NCBI RefSeq assembly: GCF_009914755.1 | Contig: NC_060925.1 | Length of the DNA stretch: 64,000 nt | Strand: one strand, 5' to 3' | Source: the human T2T-CHM13v2.0 reference genome, Homo sapiens | Shown here: piece after piece, positions 1 through 14,829 of the stretch | Numbering within the stretch: the stretch's first letter is position 1 | Layout: each line of letters starts with the position of its first letter | Notes under the pieces: generated by a model | Told to the model about the DNA's origin: nothing | What the model saw: only the letters and a program-made list of their open reading frames with translations | Database searches by the model: none | Made by a program: the position numbers and the translations under genes

Positions 1-3000
1 ATATATTTTATAGATGAAGTTTGAGAGGCTAAATTCATGTCCAAAATTATGTAACCAGTAAGTGGCATGGTTGGGGTTTAAACTCATGTCTACCTGACTC
101 CAAAGCCCTTGTACAAAATCACTGTGGTCTGAAGACTCTTATGTAGGTTATAGCTGAGAATCCCTGATAACCATTGGGAGCAGCTTGACTCACATATTTA
201 TTGCTTGTATATTCTTTGGGTTCAGTTTAACTTTAACTTTGGCATTCCCTTCACAATTCTTTCTTTTGTAAATAGACTATAAGCTCTCTGAGGTCAGCAG
301 CCAAGCCCTTTCTCTAATCTCCTAAATGTCGATGATGTCCCTAGTTTCTATGTGGAGTGTTTACTTTTGGCATCATGCTTCTAATATAGGGTTAAAAAAG
401 GCTGGCCAGCTGCTTTCTGGTTTTCATTTCATACATTAGATGAAAGCCGTGGGGGATTTTACTTGTCTTTACAAGTTAATTCTACAGGATTCACAGTTAA
501 ATTTCTGTTTCTTTGAATTTATTGGTGGATCCACTTTTGTTTCCTACTAGTACATTACCTATCTAGTCTATATCCAACTGTACAGAAAAAAGTAAACCGC
601 AAATGAAATTTTATTATTATGTATTAAACAGCATCTTTGGAGCAGTCTATATTAGGAGGTGTGTGTCAAATTCTGCTCATCTTAGGACCCTAGACAGTTC
701 CTCTAAGAGAGCCTGCCACCCTTCGCTTACAAAATGCAGACCCTGAGCTAAGAGGTGGTCTTGGGCAAATCAGGCAAAACAATTCCTAAATCTAAAACGT
801 TTATCAGGTTTTGTTTTTTTTTTTCCTAAATGGAGATAAAGTTGGAAGTTAAAAGCAAAAAAGAAGGATGGATTAAAAAATATTTAAATAAGATGCCAAG
901 TAACATGAATTGCCTGAAATAGACTGTTTCAGGATAAAAACTGTATCTTGGCCTTAATGTGTCTTGTGCCATTTATTAAATCAGTTCTGAACTTTGGGGA
1001 CTCCAGACTGTTATTAAAGAGTTAATAACCAAAGGCTTCAACGTCCAGGATGTTGTGTGGGTCAGTGTATCTTGCCAAGAGGTAACATCAGCCAGTGGAA
1101 TCAGTTGGGCTCTCCGTCTGGCAGATCTGTCTCTTTCAGCTGCTCCTCCTCCAGTTTCTAGTCTTGGAGTTCATATACAGTAAATCTTTCTCTTAATAAA
1201 GCCGTTTTTCAAATCTGACTTTGGACTAGGGACTGCTTTTTCTCCAAATGCAACAGCTGTTAAACATGGTGCATTGGGCACGGTGTATATCTCTTTGTTT
1301 AGTTTTGGGTTTTTAATATGAGCAGAGACATAAAGGAGTGGGAGGACTCTATCGATTTCTTTCTACCCATGAGTCATCCACTGGGTTTGGAAATAAGGCC
1401 TCCAGCCTCAAAAGGCTTCTGGGCTCCCTGGGCTTCTCACCCTTAAGGATGAAGCCTATTGTGCCCTAATAACCAGTACAGGATTCCCCCCCTTCTTTTG
1501 GTGAGATAGAATTGTAGAGCTCAAGGTGTCCGCCAGCAGAGGCCAGACCTTTTGGCCCCTATCTGTCCCATTTACATGGGGAAAAGCATTTTTGCCCCCT
1601 TGCTCTCTGGTCCTTCTGTCACTGTCTCTGTTCCCAATGCACTAGGGAGCATTAACTCCCTGAAGGGGAAAAAAGTTCACAAAAGAAATGAATTATGCAT
1701 ATGGAATTCATTTCCTTGATGAATAGGGAATCTGAACAAACTCCATGGCTGTTTGATTTTAAGGCAGAGGAGAAGGGGGGCTTAGGGCTAAAGAGTATAG
1801 TGGGGGGTGATCAAAAAGAACTTGGAACAAGAGAGGTGGGAGAAAAACCATGGCAGGAGGACTTGGGATGGAAATATTGAGGACAAAGTAAGGGGACCTT
1901 TGAAAATAGTTGAGGGCCCATTATTCTTGCCAACACGTACACACAGATATATACCTCACTCCCGATTAATGTGCAAATTTGTCCCCAGGGAAATTGGAAA
2001 TGGTAATGAGATTATACTGGGCAGAAATGACAACACTAAGGTGATGTGACCGTCCTGAATTAAAGTTTTTCAGTGATTTCTTAACTTTCTTCAGTCCAGG
2101 TTAACAATGGGCGCTTTGAATTTTGAGGCAGGAGTTGTGTGATAGGTAAAGAACTGCATTGAGAAGTGGAAGACTTGGATCCAAGCCTCAGAAGACACAG
2201 ACTGTGTGACTGTGGGCAAGTCACCTCATCTTTCTGTCTCAGTTATCTCATCTATAAGTGGGGATTATGGCAACTGCCCTGGGGAAAAAATTATAAGGGC
2301 CAAACAAAAGTGCTTTTATGCATAACACAAGATGCGAATCTGAAGGGATTTTATTTTTCTCTCTGTGCCTCCTTTTCTTGATGGCATTTTGGATATTCAG
2401 ACCTAGTCTTTTCAGCAAGTCAGAATTTCTTTGGAGCAGAAGAATGAAGGGGAAATTGATTCAGGAGCAGCATGCTGGTTAAAGGAACAAAGAAACAAGT
2501 GAAAAATCCCATTTTAATCCTCACCGCATCTATGTTATGAAAACCATTTAAAATAATCAATCTGATGTTTTTGGCAAATTTAGGTACTGAATCAGTAGTG
2601 GTTACTGCATAACTAGTTTGATCAACAGTAGGAAAGCTTGTCATTGACAGCCACATACATTATGGAATCAACTAGAGGGTGGTTTTTAGAGCTTCCCTTG
2701 TAGGCTGACTACCTAGAAGAGGCAACCTCTGACCTGGCTGCCAAAGACCTGTGGATGCTTCTGATGGGGAGATATGGCCAAACCGACCCCTTACTTCTAA
2801 TTGTGCTCCATTATTCCTTGTTTCTGAATGCAAAAAAGACTTGGGGACACCAAGTCTTCAGGAGAGATAATAGGTAGAAAGTCACACATACCTGTGTACA
2901 TTTGTTAGGATATGTCCCTGCTCGTTGAGAGGAGAGAGTTTTTTTGATAGTTATGGGGTCTTAAATCCATTTCAGGATTGAGTAGATTGAGCAGGTCCAA

Positions 3001-3914
3001 CTACCGCCATGTCTCTTTATTTTTCTCACCACCCAATTTCAGTACATGCAGTTTTTCACAGAGGTGTGTTTGCTTTACAGCAAATCCTTTTTAGGGGTCA
3101 GGATGTGTAGTGGAATGCCATTGTATCCTTTAGGACTGCCCACCGCAAACACATGCTGTGCACTCATACCTTTAGTGTGGTGGCATTCAGTCCGGTCTGC
3201 AGGGCATGGCCCTCGGAAGAGTGTGGAGATGTCCCAGGACAGCCTTCCTGGTAGTAAGGGGGGCAGCCCTACAGGCTCGGGGGTCCCACCCCAACTTCAA
3301 CCCCTGCACCTTTGTTTCATGGATTTTATTTGCTTGGGTTTGTGGGAAAGAGTCTGCTTTTAAGTAACCTTTGAAACCCAGTGGTGCAGAGAATAGACCA
3401 ATGCCTAGTATGAATTATTTATTTGTTTATTAAGATTTTCATGGCACCTTCCCTTTCAAAGCTCAAGGCACTGAATGAACTCTTCAAACTGATAGCAGTT
3501 AGCACTAAAGGTTGAACAGGGGCCGTTGGAGGAGGAACCACTAGGGAGGATGAGAAAAGAGGGAGGAAGAGCAGAGAGAAGAGCACGGCAGTCCGGACCC
3601 CAGAGCCACCACTACAGCCAAAGGAGGAAAATCGTAAAGACTGCAGGCTTCCCAGGAAGGAATCCAGCCCTGCTGGGAAGTTGTTTTGTTATCAGGGAAA
3701 GTCACTTCCTTCTGTCAGCCTCCTCCATGAAATCGAGGTGACCTAGTTGACCCCCTGGGCCCCTCCCAGGTATGATCTTTTAAGAAGCCTGAGGAGCTTT
3801 CCTTTTTAGGTGAGCAGGCCTAACCCTTCTGCCAAGTTGTTACGGCAATAAAAATCATCATAAAATTTTTTTTAATGTTATGCATAAACCTTTCAATAAC
3901 AAGTATATTTGGTA

Positions 3915-4410
<496 letters not shown>

Positions 4411-6477
4411 CTGGGAAGGCTGACAATAGGAGGTGAGCTTGAGTGTGCCCAAAGAAAGGCAAAGAAAGGCTTATTATTAGGGGTGTGATTTAAGTGTTTC
4501 CAATTAACGGTGGAGGAAGGAAACTTAAAACTGTACTTTGAAGTTACCAAGCTCTAGGTTATTCTTATAGTAAGTGTAGCCCATTTGGCTTGTGTAACTT
4601 ATTTTTCACATACTTCAAGGCCAGGAAACTTCAGAAGTGTCACAGCAAGTTCTTTGGCCACCTCCTCACTAGCTGGCTCCCACTGAAAGTGTTAGCCACA
4701 TGCCAGCTACCGTTGTAGGGAAATCACACTTAGGATATTTTACTTGCACGCAGCAGAGAGGTTGCTGTTATCCTCCCCATTTTACAGAGAAGGACATGGA
4801 GGCCCAGAGAGGCTACATAATTTTCTCTGGGTCCCAAAACCTGTAAATAGTAGAGAAGGGGATCAAACTTGTTTATCTTACTCTAAGCTACCCCACTCTT
4901 TCTACTATACCTAATGCCTCTTAGAATGACCCTGGACTTGTTGATTTGTCAGCTGCTTGCCCTTGGCGGGAGGGCGTTTGGCTTTCTTTTTCAGATAGGA
5001 GAGAAAACATGAGAGGAGAAATCAGCTTCTGCAGAGATTACCTTAGAGATTGAGCAAGGCAGTGTAATGTAATGAAAACATGCACCAGAGCAGGGGCCTC
5101 TAGCCCCAGGGGCAGGCTTGCAATTAGAACTGGGCTAAAAGAAAGAAAATTGTGGGAGGGTCCAAATGAGTAATATGGGAAACATGCTTTTTGTTTAACT
5201 GTGATACCTTTGGTATCACAGTTTTGTGATTGATGTGACTTAGGCTGTTTGCCTCTTTCATTCCAAGATGACACACCTCTGTGGGGTTACTTTGTGTTCA
5301 TTCTGGACCTGGATCATTTTCAGGGGGTCCATGCTAGAATGTACTGCAATGTGGGAACATTGGCCTACAGATCTAGTTAGGTCCTCTCCCACCGCCATGC
5401 GCTTAGTCACTTCACCTGCTGCCTTCCAAAACAAATGGGCTGTGTGTGTCTCCTTCCCTTAACAAAGTATTCTATAATCATATTTTCTAGCTTAAAACAA
5501 AATTAGTCTTTTAGATGTAAAACACATCTAAAGCACTTTTATTAATGGATCGCTTTCCTTCAGGGATTACAGTGCTTAGTATGAGGTGCTGACTCATCTA
5601 TTTTCATGCCATATAGGGAAGGAAAGTGTTAACTATTTTCGAATGTAGAGAATACTTTTGTTGGGAGTCTCTAAACCTTAAACCCAGGACCTGTTTGACA
5701 AAACTGTCATCCTCCCAACCCCTTGAAAAGATAATGCCCTAAATCTATCAGTTTTTTCCCCCCAGTATGCGAAAGTGGCTGTTTTCTGGTGTTAGTTGTT
5801 CCTATGTGTGGCTTGGAGCCATGGCCACTTGGCTTCCTAGATTGTGTCCCATGAATTCAAGCATAAGGAGCTCCCAGTCTGCTGTACCTGGCCTCCCTTG
5901 TCCTTCACATCCCTGCAGCATACTGTAGCAAACTTTCAAGTTAGCTTTTTATTGCATTCCACCCCCTGCCAGGGAGCAAACTTAAACTCATGCAACTCAA
6001 AATGACCATGCTGGGTCTGTTCTAAGTTTGAATTTGGACCTTGATCCAGCCTTCACATACTTTCTCTTATGAATTCCTCTTAATGCTAGTTAATAAAAAT
6101 ATAATGGCTTTCATGTCCCTTCTCATAATAACATTGCCAGCTTTGGGGGTTCTTTGAAAACTTTGCTTGAGAAGTCCATGGCCAAAAAAAAACAAAGATA
6201 TTTGGCTTTAAAATATGGTCTTTGCTTACCAAACTCCTCTCTCTGAGGAAGGGAGAGAAAGAGTTGAAGGTTTCTGGGAAAGGGGCATAGAAGCAACTCT
6301 TAACTCTGGCCATGTGGATCTGCAGACAAAATTAGGGCAAATGTAGTGCTACAGATCCCATCCCCGGGCCTCACATTGTGGCCAGCCATATGGAGTCAGA
6401 TTTGGAGACTTTTTGGAGATGGGGAAGCCACTGGACTCTTAGGCATCTGGTGTAAAGAGAGACTTTTTCTTTGCTAC

Positions 6478-6771
6478 TTTTTTTTTTTTTTTTGAGATGG
6501 AGTCTTGCTCTTTTGCCCAGGCTGCAGGGCACTGGCGTGATCTTGGCTTACTGCAGCCTCCGCCTCCCAGGTTCAATAGATTCTCCTGCCTCAGCCTCCT
6601 GAGTAGCTGGGATTACAGGCACCTGCTACCATGCCTGACTAGTTTTTGTATTTTTAGTAGAGACAGGGTTTGACCATATTGGCCAGGTTGGTCTTGGACT
6701 CCTGACAAGTGATCCGCCCGCCTCAGACTCCCGAAGTGCTAGGGTTACAGGTGTGAACCACCATGCCTAAC
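6478..6771 (-). mobile_element. AluS
   Basis: Poly-T plus Alu dimer; TSD-like ttgctacttt on both sides. Confidence 0.93.
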
Positions 6772-7399
6772 TATCGTTGCTACTTTCTTTTGGAAGAGAA
6801 GGCAGCCCTGATTTAGTCTGTTTACAGTCTGCATTATGTGGAGAATAGAGAGCCATCATAGTCCCTAAAACTTTCCTTGCCAGTTAACCCAGCAGGACAA
6901 CCTGTCTTTTTCTCTTGACAACTGTTAACTGAGAACAGGGCCCTTGCTCCTCTAGGTGTGCACATTAAGGACTTTGCACAGTGTGGATGTAGCTCATGCT
7001 GCTCTGCCGTCTAGTACATGCTGCTTGAATTTTCATCATCATCCTCCACTCCTTCCACCTCCAAGAAAAAAAAAAGCGTGCAGGAAGTAGCATTTCAGAT
7101 CCTTCTCCACCACCTCTGCTTCCCTTCTCCCTTCTTTTCCTCCTTGCAGCATTCCCTTTAGTACCAGGGAGGGATGGTGGTTGAAAATGGGGGGAATGAT
7201 GTTGCTCAGAAAAAAAAAAAAAATCAGCCTAGACCTTAAGAGGTGAGGGGAAAGGAAAGAACACTTCAAGCATAGCCCAGCCCAGGCATGTCAGCTCCCA
7301 CCCCAGCCTCCTTGTACCTCCCATCTCTGAAGGAGGGTGATGAATTCGGTTTCCACCAACATTAAACTGATAAATGAAATTTGTATGTTAAAACAATGA

Positions 7400-8050
7400 T
7401 AATTTAATTGTATTTTATTTCCTTCTTTCCCATCCACACTTGGATCTCACCCCCCTCCCCATTACCCACCCTTCAGCTTTGGGGAGGGGGTGGTGGAGGC
7501 TGTGCAGGGGAGGGGGTGGTGGAGGCTGTGCAGAGGCGGGGGCATTGCAAGCTGTCGGTTTGCATTGTGCGGACGGGGAAAGGTCTCTACCTGGCTCATT
7601 TTGTCCCCTTTGCTTAGGCTGTCACTGCTGACAGTCCTCATGTTTATTTCATCTCGCGTGGTGGCTGTCTCGTTTCCCTACCCTCCGATGTCATTAACGC
7701 ACAGAGAGCGGGCCCTGCAGTGTTGAGCCTAATGAATTCCGCTGTGGCTGCTCTGCTCCCCACCTCGTTACCAAAGCTCAAGGTGTCAAATTAAACCCAG
7801 CCTAGAGAGAAAGAGAAAGTGCAGGAGAGAAGCAAGAGCAGGGGAAGAGGGAGGTGCAGAGAACACATAAACAACCCTCCAAAAAGAAGAACAGTTGAAG
7901 GTGGGGGGAGAAGAAAGGAGGGGAATGAGACAGAGAGGAGCCCACAAATGGGTGACTTTCCTCCTGCGACCAAATCCACTTTAAGCATGGTGACATCCAT
8001 GACTCACAGCAGGACCTAATGACCTATTCTTCCCCGGGTGGGGTTTGTAC
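7400..8050 (+). promoter_or_regulatory. Candidate conserved enhancer / internal promoter
   Basis: Repeat-free and locally CpG-retaining. Inverted MEIS/TALE pair CTGTCA-ctgc-TGACAG (7619-7634), TAAT/ATTA cores (7692-7795), G-rich tandem, purine-rich 7803-7940, AP-1 TGACTCA 8000-8006. Confidence 0.55.
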
Positions 8051-8176
8051 CTTGGCCTTGGCTGCGGTTTGTTGCTTTTTCCTCGTTGTCTGGTTGATTT
8101 ATTTTCATGGTTTATGCAGATTGGGCACCTCGCAAAGCAGACAGAGCAAGTAAGAGGAGTCAGAGCTTATGGAGGG

Positions 8177-8179
<3 letters not shown>

Positions 8180-8223
<44 letters not shown>
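8180..8223. repeat. (GT)22 microsatellite
   Basis: Pure dinucleotide run. Confidence 0.97.
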
Positions 8224-8225
<2 letters not shown>

Positions 8226-8248
8226 GGAAAAGTAGAAGCCAAATGTGA

Positions 8249-8557
<309 letters not shown>

Positions 8558-8939
8558 TAACCCCTGTGGGGGTACTCTAGCAGATTTTCCTCCCCTCACT
8601 CCACCCCAATTTGGAAAATAGTGATTCATTTCATCTCTTTTCTATATAACCTTGTGTCATTTACAAAGCATTTTCCTTTATATTATTGGCATTTTATATT
8701 TGGGGCATTTTGTTGGAGATGACCATTAATAGATTCTTCCCATTCTACAGATGGGAAAAATGAGGGATAGAGATGTTAACTTACTTGCTCAAGGTAATAG
8801 AACTAGAAGGTGAGAGAAGAGGGTTACATTTCAGATCCTCCCTTTCCAGAATTCAGTGTTTTTCCCTTATACCACTAAACTTCCTAGATTTTTGTCAAGA
8901 GGTGGGAGGAAGTTAAAAGATAAATAAGCTTGTGAATTT

Positions 8940-9600
8940 TAAAACTTGAAAATTTATATACAGCAAAATAGTTAGACCTAAAATATACAGTTTGAAGTGT
9001 TTTGACAAGTAAATATACTCATGTAACCAACACCCCTTTATCACCCTGGAAAGTTTCTTTCAGCCCCTTTTACTTCTCTTACCACCCGCACCCCCACCGC
9101 CATAGTTTATTTTTGCCTGTTTAAACTTTTTTTTTTTTTTCGGACAGAGTCTCACTCTGTCGCTCAGGCTGGAGGGCAGTGGTGCGACCTTGGCTTGCTT
9201 CAATCTCTACCTCCCGGGTTCAAGTAGTTCTGCCTCAGCCTCCTGAGTAGCTGAGATTACAGGTGTGCGCCACCACACCCGGCTAATTTTTGCATTTTTT
9301 GTAGAGATGGAGTTTTGCCATGTTGGCCAGGGTGGTCTTGAACTCCTGACCTCAAGTGATCTGCCCGCCTCAGCCTCCCAAAGTGCTGGCATTAGAGGCG
9401 TGACCCACCACACCCAGCCTTGTTTAAACTTTGTTAGTAGAATTACACAACATGTGTACTTTTGTACCCGGCTTTTACTTATCACACTGTTTCTTGAGAT
9501 TTATCTGTGTTATTGCTTGCATCAGTACTTCACCCCTCCTTATTATCGAGTGGTATTCTATTATGTGAATACACCACAATTTTTTTATCCAGTCTCACTT
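8940..9600 (-). mobile_element. Old L1 (L1ME-like) 3' fragment interrupted by an Alu
   Basis: ttttgacaagtaaatatactcatgtaacca and ttcttgagatttatc...gtattctattatgtgaatacaccacaat resemble antisense L1M 3' UTR. Confidence 0.65.
9127..9419 (-). mobile_element. AluSx-like
   Basis: Full dimer; TSD tgtttaaacttt. Confidence 0.95.
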
Positions 9601-9703
9601 GTTTTTTTTTTTTAAATCTTTTTACAATAATTTAGTATGTAAGATACAATTTTTTTATAAGCGTTTTAGAGCACATGGGTGATGGCCTGGCTCCCTGAAT
9701 TCA

Positions 9704-10156
<453 letters not shown>

Positions 10157-11318
10157 TTATAACAATAGGTGTGACAATAGAACAGCCTGTTCCTTCTTTG
10201 GAGTTTTCTGTGTTAGTTATTTGATTTTAAAATTCTGCTCCTTTTTCCCAAGATTAAAATGGAATTTTGTTTCTGATAAATTTTTACCATTCTTTTCCAA
10301 ACAGTAGAGTCAACTCAAGGATATCACAAATCGGGACTAGAAATTGCTGGCAGATATTCCGTAAACACAGTGCATTGGGGGTAGGGTGTCTAGCTCTAAT
10401 ATTTGCATTTTGTAGATGGGGACAATATGAAAAACTTTGTCACTCCACTAAGATTTTTGGCACTTAGAATGGCAAGAAAATCCAGGTTCCCTTACTTATA
10501 ATGTAGTGCTTTTACCTTGAACCAAAAAGGTAGGATGTGCATGTGTATTTCCAGGGTCTCTATGATTTGCCATTTGTATTAACAGAAAAGAGGCCCAGTC
10601 TTTGGAACTCTGGTTAGAGGTGACATCATGGCAAAACATCAGGCCTCAGGTTTCATTGATTTTAAACTTACTATGTCGTGTGATTATCTCATCGCTGATG
10701 GCCTTTGTCATTAAATCCACTGCTTCAGCTGGGTTGAACACATTTGAGGAGGAACAGGATCAAGAAGGTTTTTGAAAGTATGGACAAGTGATGTGAGAAA
10801 TACTGGAATTTAAATTCTTTCCTTCTTTTTAAAACTATCCCTGGTGATATCTGTACTTTCTAAAGAGTCAAAATGGGAAGAGAATGGTCTGAGAGTGGAG
10901 ATTTGGTGGCATCACATCAGTAGTTCTACTTTCTTCTCCATTCCCACACACATAAACTTCATGAAAATAAACTCAGTTATGTAGCATTTAAGGCCTATTC
11001 AGAAAGGATTCAGTTGTAGTCAGTCAATGGAAGAACCAAGATAGTTAACCAAGTCTTAAGCATTTCTCTATTCATTCAGCAGCATTTATCGAACTGGGTA
11101 TAAGAAATAGATAAAGCCAGCCTCTGCCATCAGGAGCTTGTGATTGGGGAGTAATGTGTGATGTGATCTGTATTATCACAGAGGGGAGCACAGCATGTGA
11201 TGGGAATGGAAGATGGGCTCCTAGCGTGGCCTTCTTGGGTCAAGGATGGCACGCTGGATTGGATAACTCAGGGGAAGAACTGATTTTATGGAAATTATCC
11301 AAAGGAGTTATTCATTAA

Positions 11319-11666
<348 letters not shown>

Positions 11667-11889
11667 TCTGAAGTCTTTTTTAAACTGCCTGTCTTCTACA
11701 GAGCACCATGCTATGGGAGTGTGGTCTGGCTTTGGGAGTAGAAAAGTCCAATGTTGAGTACAACATTGAGATACATGGCTGTTGGGACCACTCTTAATCT
11801 TCCAAGGATGACCACCATTTCTTGTAGTGGTTTACTGAGACAGTCAAGACAGTGTGAATATTTCTGGTAATGTTCAGTGAAATTTTTTC

Positions 11890-13600
11890 TTGTGATTGAC
11901 TTACTGTTTGTGTTTGCTGATCTGGAACTTCAGTTGACCTCCTTGACTGCAATCATTTGTTTTGGTTTTGTGTGTGTGTTTGCACTGGGCTTTAGATTTG
12001 TAAAACATTGTATATAGTTAATGTGATGTAGCCTCCCTAAATCTCAGTGAATAGGATTTTACATGGCATCAATATGCAGTGAAACTACTATGATTGTCAT
12101 AGTCTAACATGGTGTAAGGACCTGATGAAGATTTTGTATGACAAATGAGGCTATGGCTGCCTTTGGGATTAGTAGATATATGGAACAGGAACAAGAACAA
12201 GAAGGCATGTAGGATAGGTATTCACCATAACATGAATAGATGGAGATTATATAGACAGTTAGCCTTCAATTGCAGGTGAAGAATGGAATTAATATGGAAC
12301 ATTTAAAAATATTTTAGAAATGATATTTTTAAAAGAGAGTCAAAATAAAATGCTTTCATCTGATTATTTGACCAGAAATTGGGCTGCTTAATATAATGAA
12401 TAATTGTTAGGATCTATCGATATGGCTACTCAGTGGTAAGAAGTGCCACATAAATATTGGTCTAATACATATATAATTATGTAACTCTAGCCAGGTAGCT
12501 GGATTAAATATGGGTAACAGCAAAAGCACTTCTGTCCTGATAAAAGTCTCAGTTACATTTAAATACTTAATATAATCAGCTCTTTTTCAAGTAAACAATA
12601 ATTCAGGAGGCAAATGTTCAGTACATCTCATAGAAATTTTTTGTCTTAATTTGTTTGCCTGTACAATCTGCATTCTTCTTATTAATTTAATCCATATTTT
12701 GAAGTCAGAAAAGAATTCATCTCATTTGAGTTAGTTTAGATCAACATACTGATATTGCTGAATAGTTTCACTTCCCTGAAACTAAACATATCTATTCCTT
12801 TCGTCTTAGACAAATTATGAGGGGAAACCTGTCTGAAATTTGGCTAACACATGGTGTGCATTTGATGCCACTGGAGGATTTGCTTTGTCAATTTAAGATT
12901 GAGTGATGGCTATAGAGGAAAGTGACGGAAAAAAAAAACCTTCTTAATGTGAAATAGAAAGTATAAAGGACAATAAAATGCTAAAATGTACAGGAAATTC
13001 TTGTAATATGACTAATAATGTATGAGACTTGTAGAGATCAGTTCTGCTACAGGTATTCTTATGTTATATAAATGATATTATAATATCCTATTACATATAT
13101 TATATTATCATACTATACCAAGAATAGATAATATTTTTCATCAACTGGTGATTCAAGTGTGAGTTTATACATGGGTTGACTGTGGATTGTATATATGATA
13201 CCAAGCCTGTGTAAAATAAAACAAAAACCCCCTTCAAACTCCCATATGGAGTATTTGACTAAAGCAATAATATTAAGATAACATACTCTATTCCAAATAA
13301 GGATATAATTTGCTGTTTGATAAAGCAAAACAAAACAATGGAGTGTATTGGTACTGTTTTCCACAGAGTGGGAAGATAAGAACACATGTAGAGATGATAA
13401 AATGTCATTGGCTCCAAGAGACAAGCTTCCGAAATCCATGGTGGTTGAAGAACATCAAAGAGGAGCAATTATTTCAGTCATTAGGGCAGTTCCACCTGTT
13501 CTAATTGAACATTTTTAGGATGTAGAAGATGCATCATACATTGGTATCTATTCAGAAGGTGGGGACATCTGCTGTCTGTCATGTATCTGGGAGATGTTTA
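11890..13600 (+). mobile_element. Highly decayed RTE-clade LINE (L4/RTE-X-like) RT and C-terminal fossil
   Basis: Colinear degenerate motifs across frameshifts: LLFVFADLE/VDLLDCNHLF (11901-11962), GLNMGNSKS (12501), DIAE*FHFP (12751), KMYR...YETC (12983-13032), YW...WLKNIKEEQLFQSLG (ORF 13310-13504). Confidence 0.55.
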
Positions 13601-14829
13601 TCTCAACAGGAGGCAATAATAATATGGTAAACCAAACCTAATATTATCATGATGCATTAAAACTGGGTTAATTGAAGCAATAAAATCAAAGTAACAGTAA
13701 ATGCTTATACAACATGTTAAGTAATATTTACTTCAATCTTAGAAATGAAATGATAATTTTACATTCTAGCAGATGTATTTCTTGATACCTGTTCTGAGAG
13801 GACAGAAACAAGGCTCAAAATTCATGCAAGAGGCTAATAACAACTTAGTTGATAGTAAAATATGGAGCATTGGATGTAGAGTGCATTAACCTTCTTGTTT
13901 AATCTGAGTTGACCTATAAGTGGGCATATTGTTTTTTGGGGAATCGGGAGTTTTCTCAAGTAGAAAGAAGCCCCACTTTTCCTTTGATAGGGTACCAGTC
14001 AAGGAAATAAATGCTCTTTTTTCTACCTGAGTTAGATTTGCCTTTCATTTGCTCACCCTGATCTGTGTGGCTTTATTGACCACTACAGTTTAAGCCCATG
14101 CAACCTGCATGCTGTGCAAGAAAGAAAGGTGATGGACAGATAGTCCCAGAGTTAAACTTCTGGTGCCTTTGCCACTCCATGTCTTGCCATCTTATCATCA
14201 TAGTAGCTTTGGGTATGGCCTCCTAGCAGCTTCATTGTTATGCCTGTGGGCATTCGTGTCCCACTGTCAGGCAGATTCTGGGGGACTGGGGAGCCAGAAT
14301 GATGGGTAGCAGGCAGGTGGTAGATGGGGAGACCTAAAGTCCAAAAGCTAGACCCCTTCTCTCTTAACTCATAATGGCATTCAGAAGTTGTAATTATTTC
14401 ACAAATAATAAATGAGGTACAAAAAAAAAAAAAAGAAAGACTGGAATTTAAAATAAAAGCCAAATCAACCTTACAGCCCATGCGAATTCTGCAGCCACTG
14501 TTTAGCTCAATTGTAAAAGTGACCCTATACCCCAACACCAGTAAAGCAAGTGCTGCCATTTCCAAAGGTTCTCATCAGCCTGTTGTGGAGCTCAACTGAT
14601 TGAAAACTGCTTTTTATCTGCTGTGGTCGTAGGGATTTCTGGCAATTTCAGTTCTTGCCTTTCCAAGAATGACCAAAATAAGTACAGATAATTACTAGAG
14701 ATAAAATATTAGAGATCTATTAATACAGATAATGGCTGTGACATTTCCTCAGCATCAAAAGCTGTGGCACTACAGCTTTTTCTCTGGATTGCAGCTTGAT
14801 ATCCCCGAGTGTGTTTGACACTATATAAG

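Noticed and set aside
1531-1546. Second CTCF-like motif CGCCAGCAGAGGCCAG
   Set aside because: Mismatch in the core G-run; too weak to call without data.
11749-11768. 8-bp stem hairpin caatgttg-agta-caacattg
   Set aside because: Expected by chance in 64 kb.
13300-13420. FLYWCH/Mutator zinc-finger resemblance (GY..FDK...YWYC)
   Set aside because: Lacks the second Cys and the HxH; better explained as the C-terminal part of the RTE-type LINE fossil.
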